Origin: an uncultured Gemmatimonadales bacterium
GTDB taxonomy: Bacteria > Gemmatimonadota > Gemmatimonadetes > Gemmatimonadales > Gemmatimonadaceae
NCBI GenBank assembly: GCA_963701965.1
Contig: OY969695.1
Span: 4,448,001-4,512,000 of the forward strand
Direction: 5' to 3'
Length of the DNA: 64,000 nt
The notes below the pieces were generated by a model. That model searched no databases. It was not told the DNA's origin and was given only the letters and a program-made list of their open reading frames with translations. Position 1 is the first letter of the stretch, and each line of letters opens with the position of its first letter. Shown here piece by piece: positions 40,398-52,792 of the stretch. Both the position numbers and the translations under genes were made by a program.

Positions 40398-41102
40398 TTG
40401 TTCAACACGCTGTTGGAATCCAGACCGAAGAAGGAAAAGCGAGGCGGCGGGACCATGTTCAGCATCGTGCTGCACACGGGGATCATCGCCCTCGCGGCCG
40501 CCATAACGGCGAACGCGGCCATCAAGAACGAGAAGACCAAGGAAGAGAAGATTCAGTTTACGGAGGCGCCCAAGCCGGAGCCGCCGCCGCCGCCGAAAAC
40601 GCCGCCGCCGCCCGACGTGACCGTCGCGCCGCCGCCGCCCAAGGGATTCCAGGTGCTGACCGCGCCCGTGAACATCCCGGACGTCCTGCCGAACGTCGAT
40701 CTCACCAAGAAGGTCACGGATGAGGCCGATTTCAGCGGGAAGGGCGTGGCCGGCGGCAACTCGAAAGGCAAAGAAGGCGGCACAGGTCCGGTGACGGACC
40801 AGCCGTACTTCGACTTCCAGGTCGAGAAGCAGGCCGGCACGGCGCCGGGCAGCCAGGCACCCGAATATCCGGAGATGCTGCGCTCGGCGAACGTCGAGGG
40901 CGAGGTCCTGGCGCAGTTCGTCATCGATACGACGGGGCGGGCCGATGCGAGCACGTTCAAGGTGCTCAAGTCGACCAACGATGCGTTCACCGACGCGGTG
41001 AAGCGCGATCTCCCCAGGATGCGGTTTTTCCCCGCCGAGATCGGCGGTCGCAAGGTCAAGGAATTGGTGCAGTTGCCGTTCGCTTTCAACCTGAACAAGT
41101 AG
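40398..41102 (+). CDS. tonB: Energy transducer TonB
   Basis: N-terminal TM with S-x3-H, Pro-rich linker, C-terminal 'PEYPE..VEGEVLAQFVID..G'; TTG start after AGGAG. Confidence 0.88.
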   Translation: MFNTLLESRPKKEKRGGGTMFSIVLHTGIIALAAAITANAAIKNEKTKEEKIQFTEAPKPEPPPPPKTPPPPDVTVAPPPPKGFQVLTAPVNIPDVLPNVDLTKKVTDEADFSGKGVAGGNSKGKEGGTGPVTDQPYFDFQVEKQAGTAPGSQAPEYPEMLRSANVEGEVLAQFVIDTTGRADASTFKVLKSTNDAFTDAVKRDLPRMRFFPAEIGGRKVKELVQLPFAFNLNK

Positions 41103-41120
41103 CACCGAGGCGTCGTCACA

Positions 41121-41858
41121 ATGAATCTCTCGCTGGTAGACCTCTTCGTTTCAATGGGCGGATTCGCGAAAGGCATCGTCGTGGTCCTCGCGATCATGTC
41201 GATCTTCTCGCTCTCCATCATGATTCAAAAGTGGTGGGGCCTCCGCGCCGCACAGAATGAGACCCGCAAGTTCGCGCCCGAGTTCTCGCAGTTCCTCGAG
41301 GAAGACAACCTCGGTGAAGCGATCAAGCTGGCCGAGGGCTATAAGAAGTCGCACGTGGCCCGCGTCCTCGGCGGCGCGCTGGGCGAGATCAAGCCCCTGA
41401 TCCAGGAAGGCTCCGTGACCGTCGCCGACATCAACTCGGCGGAACGCGCGGTCGAGCGCGAGATGCTCATGAACATTGTGCTGCTCAAGCGCGGCCTCGG
41501 CGTGCTGGCCACGGTCGGCGCCACGGCGCCGTTCGTCGGACTGCTCGGCACCACGATGGGTATCGTGAACGCGTTCACGGGTATGGCCGCGTCCGGCTCC
41601 GGCGGGTTGTCGGCGATCTCGGCAGGTGTCGCCGAGGCGCTCATCACGACGGCCTTCGGCCTCATGGTCGCCATTCCGGCGGTGTGGGCGTACAACTTCT
41701 TCCAGACCAAGATCGACAATCTCACGGCCGAGATGACGTACTCCTCCAAGGAGATGATCGACTATCTCATCAAGGGTGTCTCCGGTGAGTTCGGCCGGTC
41801 CCGCTTCACCCGCGAGTTCAACACGGCGTCGGGCGCGAACGCCCCGATCGCGCAGTAG
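41121..41858 (+). CDS. exbB: MotA/TolQ/ExbB proton channel
   Basis: 'LATVGATAPFVGLLGTTMGI', 'ISAGVAEALITTAFGL'. Confidence 0.9.
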   Translation: MNLSLVDLFVSMGGFAKGIVVVLAIMSIFSLSIMIQKWWGLRAAQNETRKFAPEFSQFLEEDNLGEAIKLAEGYKKSHVARVLGGALGEIKPLIQEGSVTVADINSAERAVEREMLMNIVLLKRGLGVLATVGATAPFVGLLGTTMGIVNAFTGMAASGSGGLSAISAGVAEALITTAFGLMVAIPAVWAYNFFQTKIDNLTAEMTYSSKEMIDYLIKGVSGEFGRSRFTREFNTASGANAPIAQ

Positions 41859-41885
41859 AGACCCGCGAGCGAGGAGGGTACCGCA

Positions 41886-42368
41886 ATGGCTATGGCGGTG
41901 AGCGGTGGCGGGGGCGTCAAGGCCGAGCCCAACGTCACACCGATGATCGACGTCATGCTGGTGCTCCTGATCATCTTCATGATCGTGATTCCGACGATCA
42001 CCGCGGGCTTTCAGGCGACGCCCCCCAAGGGCGTCAACCTGAAAGCGCACCCCGAGGAAGAAGGCGATCAGGTGCTCGGTATCGACCTTAAAGGCACATA
42101 CTATCTGAACAAGAAGCCGATCCGTCCCGAGGATCTGGGTCCGGCGCTCAAAGCGATCTACAATGCACGGACCGAGGACAAGATCCTGTATCTCAAGGCG
42201 GACAAGGATCTGGAGTATTCGAAGGTGATCGACGCGGTCGACCTCGCGTCCAAGAACGGCGTCCGCGTGACGGGGATGATCTCCGATCAGACGCCGGGAA
42301 CGGCCTCGACGGTCACTGGCGACAATCCGATGGAGAAGCAGGCCCCGGCGGCCGGAGGGAAACCGTAA
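41886..42368 (+). CDS. exbD: ExbD/TolR biopolymer transport protein
   Basis: 'PNVTPMIDVMLVLLIIFM', 'LKADK'. Confidence 0.9.
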   Translation: MAMAVSGGGGVKAEPNVTPMIDVMLVLLIIFMIVIPTITAGFQATPPKGVNLKAHPEEEGDQVLGIDLKGTYYLNKKPIRPEDLGPALKAIYNARTEDKILYLKADKDLEYSKVIDAVDLASKNGVRVTGMISDQTPGTASTVTGDNPMEKQAPAAGGKP

Positions 42369-42787
42369 TGGCAATGTCCGCGGGGGGCGGTGGCAGCGGC
42401 CTGACGAACGAGCCGAATGTCACCCCAATGATCGACGTGTTGCTGGTGCTGCTGATCATCTTCATGCTGGTCGTGCCGATGGCGCGGAAGGCGATCGACA
42501 TTCAGCTGCCGGATCCGACGCCGCAGGTTGCGCACGTGCAGAACTCCGACCAGATCGTGCTCGAGGTGTGCAAGAACCAGAGCTATACGATCAACAAGCA
42601 GCCGGTCGACCCCAGTTCGCAAGCGCTGGCGACCAAGGTCAAGACGATCTACGATGGCCGGCCGGAGAAGATCATCTTCGTGAAAGGATGTCCCGAAGCG
42701 AAATACCAGGACATCATCACGGCGATGGACGTCGCGCGCGGCTCGGGTGTGAAGGTCATCGGTATCCCGCCAAAGGACACCAAGTAG
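42368..42787 (+). CDS. exbD: ExbD/TolR, second copy
   Basis: 'PNVTPMIDVLLVLLIIFM'; TAATG coupling. Confidence 0.9.
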   Translation: MAMSAGGGGSGLTNEPNVTPMIDVLLVLLIIFMLVVPMARKAIDIQLPDPTPQVAHVQNSDQIVLEVCKNQSYTINKQPVDPSSQALATKVKTIYDGRPEKIIFVKGCPEAKYQDIITAMDVARGSGVKVIGIPPKDTK

Positions 42788-42811
42788 GCGCGTTTCACGT
42801 AGATTGAAAGC

Positions 42812-43609
42812 ATGACAGGCGATGCACCCACCGGCGGCCGACCCTATCGGCCGCCGGTCGGCATTCCGGGTGGTCCGGAGCGGCGCTGGCGAGGTGTGCT
42901 GGCGGCGATCCTGGTCCACGCCGCGCTCATCGCGCTCCTGCTCGTCCCGGCGGTGGGCGCCGCAATCGTGGCACTCAACCCGCGCGCCGCGGGCCTGTTC
43001 GGTCGTCCCGGCGGCGGCGGCGGCGGCGGTGGCGGGGGCGCCCGGGGCGGACACCTCTGGGAGCGACTGCACTACATACAGATTGCGCCCGACCCACCGC
43101 CGCCACCGGTGCGCGTCGCGCCGACTCCCCACGTCCCGAAACCCGTGCCCGTCGCGCCGGCGCGCGAGCCGCCGACGGCGGCGGTGGTGCCGCCCGCGTC
43201 CGCCGAGACGACCCAGGTCGCCAGCGCTCCGGGAGCGGCTGGCGAAAGTGCTCCCGGGGCGGGCGCCGGCCCGGGTACCGGCGGTGGCACCGGGTCCGGC
43301 CAAGGCTCGGGTACCGGGTCGGGCAGAGGACCAGGAACCGGTGGTGAGGGCGCCACGAAGATCCGGGCCTCGACAAAGTTCTTCAATGTCTATGTCGACC
43401 CGCCAAAGGGTCCCCGCCCGTTCCACCTCGTCGCCGTTTTCGCGGTAGCCGCCAACGGCACGGCCCGTCTCCTGACTTTCAACAAAGCGGACGACGGCGC
43501 CTTCAACCGGAAAGTCCACGACCGGCTGCTGGAGACGGAGTTCCACCCGGCCACCCTCCGCGACGGCACGCCCGTGAGCGACACCGTCGAGGTGACCGCG
43601 GACTACTAG
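42812..43609 (+). CDS. TonB/TolA-like protein with Gly- and Pro-rich linker
   Basis: TM with conserved-looking His ('ILVHAALI'), poly-Gly, GTGSG repeats, TonB-C-like end 'FHPATLRDGTPV'. Confidence 0.65.
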   Translation: MTGDAPTGGRPYRPPVGIPGGPERRWRGVLAAILVHAALIALLLVPAVGAAIVALNPRAAGLFGRPGGGGGGGGGGARGGHLWERLHYIQIAPDPPPPPVRVAPTPHVPKPVPVAPAREPPTAAVVPPASAETTQVASAPGAAGESAPGAGAGPGTGGGTGSGQGSGTGSGRGPGTGGEGATKIRASTKFFNVYVDPPKGPRPFHLVAVFAVAANGTARLLTFNKADDGAFNRKVHDRLLETEFHPATLRDGTPVSDTVEVTADY

Positions 43610-43689
43610 GTCGGGCCGGGGCGCCCGTCCGGTTCTGGCCAAGCCGTCGGCGGCCGAATACCTTTGCCAAGCTTAACACCCGAGGTGGA

Positions 43690-45150
43690 ATGAGCAGCGC
43701 CGCCGCGCAGTCGGACGCGACACGAGCTGAATCACGACCGCACGCGGACTTCGTCAGGGCGCTCACCCTCACCGATGCGACCATGTTGGTCGCCGGATCG
43801 ATGGTCGGCTCGGGCATTTTCATCGTCTCGGCTGACATCGCGCGCACCGTCGGATCGCCGTTCTTGCTGCTCGCGGTGTGGGGAATGACCGGGATCATCA
43901 CGCTGCTCGGCGCCCTCGCCTACGGCGAGCTGGCCGCAATGTATCCTCGCGCCGGCGGTCAATACGTATTCCTCCGCGAGTCCCTCGGGCCGTTGCTGGG
44001 CTTCCTCTACGGTTGGACCCTGTTCTTGGTCATCCAGACGGGCACGATCGCGGCGGTCGCCGTCGCGTTCGGCCGATTTCTCGGCGTCCTGATCCCGTCG
44101 ATCACGCCCGATCATTACACCTGGTTCCCGTACGCCAAGGTCAACACGCCGGGTGGCCCCATCGAGATCGGGCTGTCCACCCAGCGCGTCGTTGCCATCG
44201 CGTCGGTCTGGGTGCTGACCTGGATCAATTTGCGGGGGGTCCGCGAGGGCAAGTGGGTGCAGACCACGCTCACCGTGGTCAAGGTCTCCGCGCTGGCGGG
44301 TCTCATCCTCCTGGGCCTCACCGTCGGGCGTAGCCCGACCGCCATCGCCGCCAATTTCTCCGCCGGCCACTTCACGGCCGGCCCGTCGATCACCTGGATC
44401 GTCTTCGCGTCCGCGCTCGTGGGCTCATTGTTCTCCAGCAATGCGTGGAACAACGTGACGTTTGCGGCCGCCGAGGTGCAGAACGCCCGCCGCAACTTGC
44501 CGCTGGCGCTCCTCTTGGGTACGGGGCTGGTCTCGATCCTGTACGTGACGGCCAACGTCTCCTATCTGTCGGTCCTCCCCCTCTCGGGGATCGCGCATGC
44601 CGCGCAGGACCGGGTCGGAACGGCGGCCGCCGAGGTGATCTTCGGCGGCTCGGCGGCCTCGATCATGGCGGTCGCCATCTTGATCTCGACCTTCGGCTGC
44701 AACAACGGGTTGATCTTGTCGGGCGCGCGCGTCTACTACGCGATGGCGCGCGACGCGCTCTTCTTCCGTTCAGTGGGCACGCTCAACACCCGTGGGGTCC
44801 CCGGCGCCGCGCTCGTGGTCCAGGCGATCTGGACGACGTTGCTCTGCCTCACGGGGACCTACAGCCAGCTGCTCGCCTACGTTATCTTCGCGGCGCTGGT
44901 GTTCTACGTCCTGACCACGATCGGCTTGTTCGTGCTCCGGGTCCGCCGGCCGGACGCCGAACGCCCGTACCGCGCCGTCGGGTACCCCGTACTCCCGGCG
45001 TTGTACATTCTCCTGGCGACGGCGACGGCCGTCGCCCTCTTGATCGCGGATCAGACGCGGGCGCAAGCCCTCATCGGCCTCGTGCTGGTGCTGATCGGCG
45101 TGCCGGTCTACTTCGTCTGGCGACGCGCGGGCCTTCCACCTTCTTCTTGA
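43690..45150 (+). CDS. APC-family amino acid permease
   Basis: 'GSMVGSGIF', 'YGELAAMYPRAGGQYVFL', 'RPYRAVGYP'. Confidence 0.9.
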   Translation: MSSAAAQSDATRAESRPHADFVRALTLTDATMLVAGSMVGSGIFIVSADIARTVGSPFLLLAVWGMTGIITLLGALAYGELAAMYPRAGGQYVFLRESLGPLLGFLYGWTLFLVIQTGTIAAVAVAFGRFLGVLIPSITPDHYTWFPYAKVNTPGGPIEIGLSTQRVVAIASVWVLTWINLRGVREGKWVQTTLTVVKVSALAGLILLGLTVGRSPTAIAANFSAGHFTAGPSITWIVFASALVGSLFSSNAWNNVTFAAAEVQNARRNLPLALLLGTGLVSILYVTANVSYLSVLPLSGIAHAAQDRVGTAAAEVIFGGSAASIMAVAILISTFGCNNGLILSGARVYYAMARDALFFRSVGTLNTRGVPGAALVVQAIWTTLLCLTGTYSQLLAYVIFAALVFYVLTTIGLFVLRVRRPDAERPYRAVGYPVLPALYILLATATAVALLIADQTRAQALIGLVLVLIGVPVYFVWRRAGLPPSS

Positions 45151-45154
45151 GATC

Positions 45155-47344
<2,190 letters not shown>

Positions 47345-48800
47345 GCCGATCGCCGCCCTCGTCCCTGAGGGCGAGGGTGTCCTCCGGCGCGCGCTCGGCG
47401 CCGGCGACCTCATGATGTTGTCGATCGGCGCGGTGGTGGGAGCGGGCATCTTCAGCTCCATCGGCAGCGCGGTCGCGGGACAGCTGGATGCGGCGGGACA
47501 CGTGGTGCGGAGCGGCGCGGGTCCCGCCGTCCTGTTTTCGTTCATGCTCTCGGCCTTCGCCTGCGCGCTGGCGGGCCTGTGCTATGCCGAGCTCTCGGCC
47601 ATGATTCCCCAGGCCGGGAGCGCCTACGCGTACTCCTACGCGACCCTGGGCGAACTCGTGGCCTGGATCATCGGTTGGGATCTCATCCTCGAGTATGCGG
47701 TCGGCAACGTCGCCGTCGCCATCTCGTGGTCCCAGTACTTCACGAACGTCTTGGCCGACATCCATATCGTCCTACCGGATTGGATGATCACGGGCTACCG
47801 AACCGCCCTGTTGTCGCCCGACCCGGCGGTGCACGGTCTCCTGGGGAGCGCGCCGAAACTATTTGGCATACCGGTGCTGGTGAACGTTCCCGCGTTCGCC
47901 ATCGTCGCGCTCATTACGTGGCTCCTCTGCTTGGGCGTGCGCGAGAGTGCGCGAACGAACCGCGTGTTGGTGGCCGTCAAGCTGTTGGTGCTGGCCCTGT
48001 TCGTCGGCGCCGGGTTCTTCCATGTGCACCGGGAGAACTACACGCCATTCGCGCCGAACGGGTTCGCCGGCATCCATCACGGCGCCGCCATCATCTTCTT
48101 CGCCTACATCGGCTTCGACGCCATCTCCACGGCCGCCGAAGAGACGAAGGATCCCCAGCGCAACATGCCGCGGGGGATCATGGGCGGCCTTGCACTGTGT
48201 ACGCTCATTTATATCGTCATCGGGACGGTTCTGACGGGCATGGTGCCGTGGCAACAGTTGGGCGTCGCCGATCCGCTGGCCAAAGCGCTCGAGTACTCCG
48301 GCCTCCACGGCATCTCCAGCCTCCTGTCGCTGGGCGCCGTGTTCTCCATGGCCGCGGTGCTACTGGTCTTCCAGTACGGACAGCCCCGCATCTTCTTCTC
48401 GATGGCGCGCGATGGCCTGCTGCCAAATTGGGCGGCGCGGGTCCATCAGAAGTACCGGGTGCCGTGGGCCACGACCATCGCGACGGGCGTGTTCGTCGCC
48501 CTGTGGGCGCTCATCGGCGATGCCGCCGAGACGTTCGATCTGACGAACATCGGAACGTTGTTCGCGTTCGTCCTCGTCTGCTTCGGCGTCCTCGCGCTGC
48601 GGATCAAAGAGCCGAACCGGCACCGTCCGTTCCGCGTCCCGTTCATCTGGCCTGTCGCTGTAGGCGGCGCCGCCGCCTGCGTCTTCCTCATGGCCGGACT
48701 GCCGGGCGTGGCCTGGGAGCGATTCATCGTGTGGCTGATCATCGGCCTTTCGCTCTATTTCGTGTACGGCATTCGGAAGTCGGCCCTGAGGCGGTAGCGC

Positions 48801-50039
48801 TTGGCCAAGCGCCCGGGCCTCACGGCATGGATCGTCGTCGGCATGGTGGCCGGCTTGGCGATTGGATGGGCGGCACCGACGGTGGGCGTGGCGCTGGAGC
48901 CACTCTCCACCGTGTTCTTGCGGATGATCCGGTCGCTGGTTGTCCCGCTCATCTTCTCGACCCTGGTCGTGGGCATCGCCGGTCAGGGCGACGACATTCG
49001 ACGCGTCGGCCGGCTCGCCTTCCGCTCCCTCGTGTTCTTCGAAGTGGTGACGACGCTGGCGCTGGTCGTCGGCCTGATCATGGTGAACGTCATGCAGCCC
49101 GGATTGGGCATCACGCTTCCGGTGTCACCGGCGGATGCCACGGACCTCACGGGCAAGATGACCACCTTCTCCGGCGTGCTGGAGCACATCGTGCCGCAGA
49201 GCGCCGTCAATGCCGCGGCGCGCAACGAGGTGCTGCAGATCGTCTTCTGGGCGATCTTGTTCGCGCTGGCGCTCTCCCGCACGCGGGAGCGGGCCCGGAC
49301 GACAATGCTGGGGTTCTTCCAGAGCCTGTCCGAGATCACGTTCCGCATGGTGGACATCGTGATGCTCTTCGCGCCGATCGGCATCGCCTCGGCGCTGGCG
49401 GCCACCATCGGCCATCACGGCCTCGGCGTGTTGGGCAACCTCGGCAAACTGGTCCTGACGCTGTACGCCGCCCTCGCGGTCTTCCTCGTCGTGGGTCTCC
49501 TGCCCACCGCGATCCTGGCGGGTGTGCCCGTGCGCGCGTTCCTGCGCGCCGTACGGGATCCGGCGCTCATTGCGTTCTCGACCTCGACCTCGGAAGCCGC
49601 GCTGCCCCGCGCCATGGAGCAGATGGAGGCGCTCGGCGTGCCCTCGCGGATCGTCGCGTTCGTGATCCCCGCGGGATATTCCTTCAACCTCACGGGGAGC
49701 ACGCTCTATTTGGCCGTCGGCGCGCTCTTTGCCGCGCAAACGGCCGGCATCGCGATGAGCCTGGGTCAGCAGCTGGTCATGATGCTGACGCTCATGCTCA
49801 CGAGCAAAGGCGTGGCCGGCGTCCCGCGGGCCGCGCTGGTGATTCTGTCGGGCGCGCTCGTCACCTTTCACCTGCCGGCCGAAGCCATCGCGCTCATGCT
49901 CGGCGTCAATGCGTTCATGGACATGGCCCGCACGATGGTGAACGTCGTCGGCAACTGCCTGGCGGCGGTCGTGGTGGCGCGCTGGGAAGGCGACTTCGGC
50001 GGGGCGAGCCTCCCCGCGTCCGCTACGCCCGCACCGTAA
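48801..50039 (+). CDS. Dicarboxylate/amino acid:cation symporter (DAACS, GltP-like)
   Basis: 'AFSTSTSEAALP', 'GYSFNLTGS', 'TSKGVAGVP', 'MDMARTMVN'. Confidence 0.9.
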   Translation: MAKRPGLTAWIVVGMVAGLAIGWAAPTVGVALEPLSTVFLRMIRSLVVPLIFSTLVVGIAGQGDDIRRVGRLAFRSLVFFEVVTTLALVVGLIMVNVMQPGLGITLPVSPADATDLTGKMTTFSGVLEHIVPQSAVNAAARNEVLQIVFWAILFALALSRTRERARTTMLGFFQSLSEITFRMVDIVMLFAPIGIASALAATIGHHGLGVLGNLGKLVLTLYAALAVFLVVGLLPTAILAGVPVRAFLRAVRDPALIAFSTSTSEAALPRAMEQMEALGVPSRIVAFVIPAGYSFNLTGSTLYLAVGALFAAQTAGIAMSLGQQLVMMLTLMLTSKGVAGVPRAALVILSGALVTFHLPAEAIALMLGVNAFMDMARTMVNVVGNCLAAVVVARWEGDFGGASLPASATPAP

Positions 50040-50952
50040 GAAGCCGCAGCGCGCCCCGCACCGCGCCGCGCGCGGGGACGACCTCGGCAGCCCGGAGCTG
50101 AGCCCCTGGGACGGCCGTGGCCAGCCGCCGTTCCAAGCGTCCGCGCAGCGAAGAGCCGCGGGAGAGGAGTCCACCGGCCAGCGCCACGGGAACGGCCGCG
50201 CGCTCGTCGATGAACAGCTGCCGCGCCAGCGTCCGCACGTGGATCACGAGCTCCTCGGCCGCGAAGGCGAGCAATGTTTCGGCCCGGGCGTCGCCGGCAT
50301 CCGCGCAGTGGATCACGGCGGGCGCCAACGCCGCGAAATCCGCCGGCGTCGCCCGCGACGCCCACGGGATCAGCGCTTCGACCGAGTCGACAACGGCCGC
50401 GGTCAGCACCGCGCCGGTGAGCGCCGTCTCGGGCTCGCGGCCATCCGCCGCCGCGGCCACGACGCCGAGTGCGCGCCGGCCAATCCACGCGCCGCCGCCC
50501 TCGTCGCCAAAGACGGGTCCCCAGCCGCCGCTCCGCGCCAGCGTGCCGGTCGGCCCCCGCCCAAACGCCACCGAACCCGTCCCGCCGATCAACATGACGC
50601 CGGGCCCGTCGCCGAACGCGTCGTCGAGTGCGACCGTGGCGTCGGCCTGCACGATGACCTCTTCGGCGACGTCGCGCGCCACCAGCGCCTGCCAGAGCGC
50701 GTCGCGCTCGTCGGGACGCCCCGCGCCTGCCGCCCCAACGCAGGCCACGCTCGGGAAAGCCTCGGACATGCCCGCGTGCGCCAGCGCGTCCCGGATCGTC
50801 GCCGCAATCACATCGGCCGCCCGCTCGGCCTCCCCCGGCCGAATCGCGCTCGGCGGTCCCTCGACCGATCCGAGCTCGGTGCCCGTGGCGTCGGCCACCA
50901 AGACGCGGGTCTTGGACCCTCCGCTGTCCACTCCAATGACGATCTGAGTCAC
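50023..50952 (-). CDS. BadF/BadG-type amino-sugar kinase (GlcNAc/MurNAc kinase-like)
   Basis: 'IGVDSGGSKT', 'IGGTGS', 'RSGGWGPVFGDEGGG'. Confidence 0.85.
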   Translation of the reverse strand: MTQIVIGVDSGGSKTRVLVADATGTELGSVEGPPSAIRPGEAERAADVIAATIRDALAHAGMSEAFPSVACVGAAGAGRPDERDALWQALVARDVAEEVIVQADATVALDDAFGDGPGVMLIGGTGSVAFGRGPTGTLARSGGWGPVFGDEGGGAWIGRRALGVVAAAADGREPETALTGAVLTAAVVDSVEALIPWASRATPADFAALAPAVIHCADAGDARAETLLAFAAEELVIHVRTLARQLFIDERAAVPVALAGGLLSRGSSLRGRLERRLATAVPGAQLRAAEVVPARGAVRGALRLLTVRA

Positions 50953-52433
50953 GCTGGAACCTCCTGAATCGCCGGCGACGTGTGCGTCAGCGATGATGCC
51001 ATACCGGTCAGTGTTGTAATGGTCATGCCAATGAGCACATACCAGGGGAACGCAATGTGTTTCGCGATCGTCGGGGTGAGCCAGACGATCACCATGGTCA
51101 AGATGCCGATCCCCATACCAATGATGGCATCACGCTGCTCGGCGCGCCGCCAAAAGAGCGCCAGGAAGAACCCGCCGAGCAGTCCGCCGAACGTGAACGA
51201 CGCGATCGTCAGGGCGACTTGGACGACGGGAGTCCCTTGCGCGTGATAGAGCAGGGCGCCGCCCGTGAGCGCGGCGCCCCAGATCAACGTCCAGAGGCGC
51301 GCCAGCGCGAAGACCCGCGGGTCGTCGGCCGGCCGCTTGGCGATCGGCAGGTAAATGTCGTGAATCGTGGAAGCCGCCAGCGAGTTGATCGCGCCAGAGT
51401 GGGTACTCATCGTGGCGGCGAGAATCGCGGCGACGACCAATCCCACGAGGCCCGGGGGCATGTGCTCCAGGATGAAGCTTGGGAACACGTCATCCGCCTT
51501 CGCGAAGACCCGGCCGTGGTACACATCGAAGAGACCAATGCCAATGGCGAGAAACAGGGCGAACTGGACGAAGACGACGGCGCCGCTGCCAATGAGCGCA
51601 CGCCGCGCGTCGCGGAGCGACGACGCGGCCAGCAATCGCTGGACAATCAGCTGATCCGCTCCGTGCGACGCCATAGTCAAGAATGCGCCGCCGATCACGC
51701 CTGCCCACAACGTGTACGGACGCGCGAAGTCGAGGGCCGGGTCGATCACCCGCAGTTTACCCGCGGCGGACGCGTGGGCGACGATCGTGGGCCAACCACC
51801 GGATACCAATCGACCAATGAGCACCACCGCCGCAATGCCGCCGATGAGATAGACCCCTGTCTGGATGACGTCCGTCCACACGACGGCGCGCATCCCGCCG
51901 TGGTACGTGTAGAGCACCGTGAGGGCGCCGAGGATGAGAATGGCCAGCGGCATGACGAGCGTGGGCCGCACGGTGCCTTGGAGGATCAAGGCGACGGGGA
52001 TGGCCGTGGCGAAGACCCGCACCGAGTCCGCCATGGCACGCGTGGCCATGAAGATGATCGACGCAAAGCGGCGCGCGCCGATCCCGAAGCGGCGCTCCAG
52101 CAGCGCATACGCGGTGATCAGCTCGCCCTGGTAGTAGCGTGGCAGCAAGGTGTAGGCGACCACGACGCGGCCGATCACGTACCCCATGGCCAGTTGCAGG
52201 AACGTGAAATTCCCGAGATACGAGAGGCTGGGGATGCTGATGAACGTCAGCGCGCTGGTCTCCGTCGCGACGACGGAAATCAGAATGGCCCACCACGGAA
52301 TCGAGTGATTGGCGACGAAGTAGTCGCTGGCGTTCTTTTGGCGACGCCCGAGCCGGAGTCCAACAGCCGTCGTGCCCGCCAGGTAGGCGAGCAGGACGGC
52401 GAGATCAAACCAAGTGAATGTCGCGCGCTGGAC
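50949..52433 (-). CDS. Sodium:solute symporter; conserved N-terminus lacks a canonical start codon
   Basis: Frame open 82 codons upstream of ATG 52187 and encodes 'DYFVANHSIPWWAILISVVATETSALTFISIP'; 'AVVWTDVIQ', 'DQLIVQRLL', 'LAATMST..INSLA'. Confidence 0.85.
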   Translation of the reverse strand, partial: VQRATFTWFDLAVLLAYLAGTTAVGLRLGRRQKNASDYFVANHSIPWWAILISVVATETSALTFISIPSLSYLGNFTFLQLAMGYVIGRVVVAYTLLPRYYQGELITAYALLERRFGIGARRFASIIFMATRAMADSVRVFATAIPVALILQGTVRPTLVMPLAILILGALTVLYTYHGGMRAVVWTDVIQTGVYLIGGIAAVVLIGRLVSGGWPTIVAHASAAGKLRVIDPALDFARPYTLWAGVIGGAFLTMASHGADQLIVQRLLAASSLRDARRALIGSGAVVFVQFALFLAIGIGLFDVYHGRVFAKADDVFPSFILEHMPPGLVGLVVAAILAATMSTHSGAINSLAASTIHDIYLPIAKRPADDPRVFALARLWTLIWGAALTGGALLYHAQGTPVVQVALTIASFTFGGLLGGFFLALFWRRAEQRDAIIGMGIGILTMVIVWLTPTIAKHIAFPWYVLIGMTITTLTGMASSLTHTSPAIQEVPA

Positions 52434-52435
52434 GG

Positions 52436-52792
52436 CTAGGCCGAGAACGAGCTACCGCAGCCGCAGCCGCCGGTCGAGTTCGGATTCTTGAAGACGAACC
52501 CCGAACCCTGCATCGACGACGTATAGTCGATCGTCACGTTCTGGACGTATTGGGCCGAGAACGGATCGACGAAGATCTTGAACCCCTCCGCATCGACGAC
52601 GAAATCGTCTTCCGCGCTGTGATCTTCGATCAAAAGGCCGTACTTGAACCCGCTGCACCCACCGGGCTGGACGCTGACGCGAAGGCCACCCACCTCCGGC
52701 GACACGCCCTCGGTCTCCATGAATTTCTTCACTTCCGCGCACGCCATTGGCGTGACGGTCAGCATGACGTCGGGCTGCTGTGTTGTGCTCAT
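52436..52792 (-). CDS. erpA: A-type Fe-S cluster carrier (HesB/IscA/ErpA)
   Basis: 'GLRVSVQPGGCSGFKY', 'FKNPN..GCGCGSSF'. Confidence 0.9.
   Translation of the reverse strand: MSTTQQPDVMLTVTPMACAEVKKFMETEGVSPEVGGLRVSVQPGGCSGFKYGLLIEDHSAEDDFVVDAEGFKIFVDPFSAQYVQNVTIDYTSSMQGSGFVFKNPNSTGGCGCGSSFSA

Noticed and set aside
43005..43350. GGC tandem repeat as a contingency locus or repeat element
   Set aside because: In-frame codon repeats encoding poly-Gly and GTGSG linker
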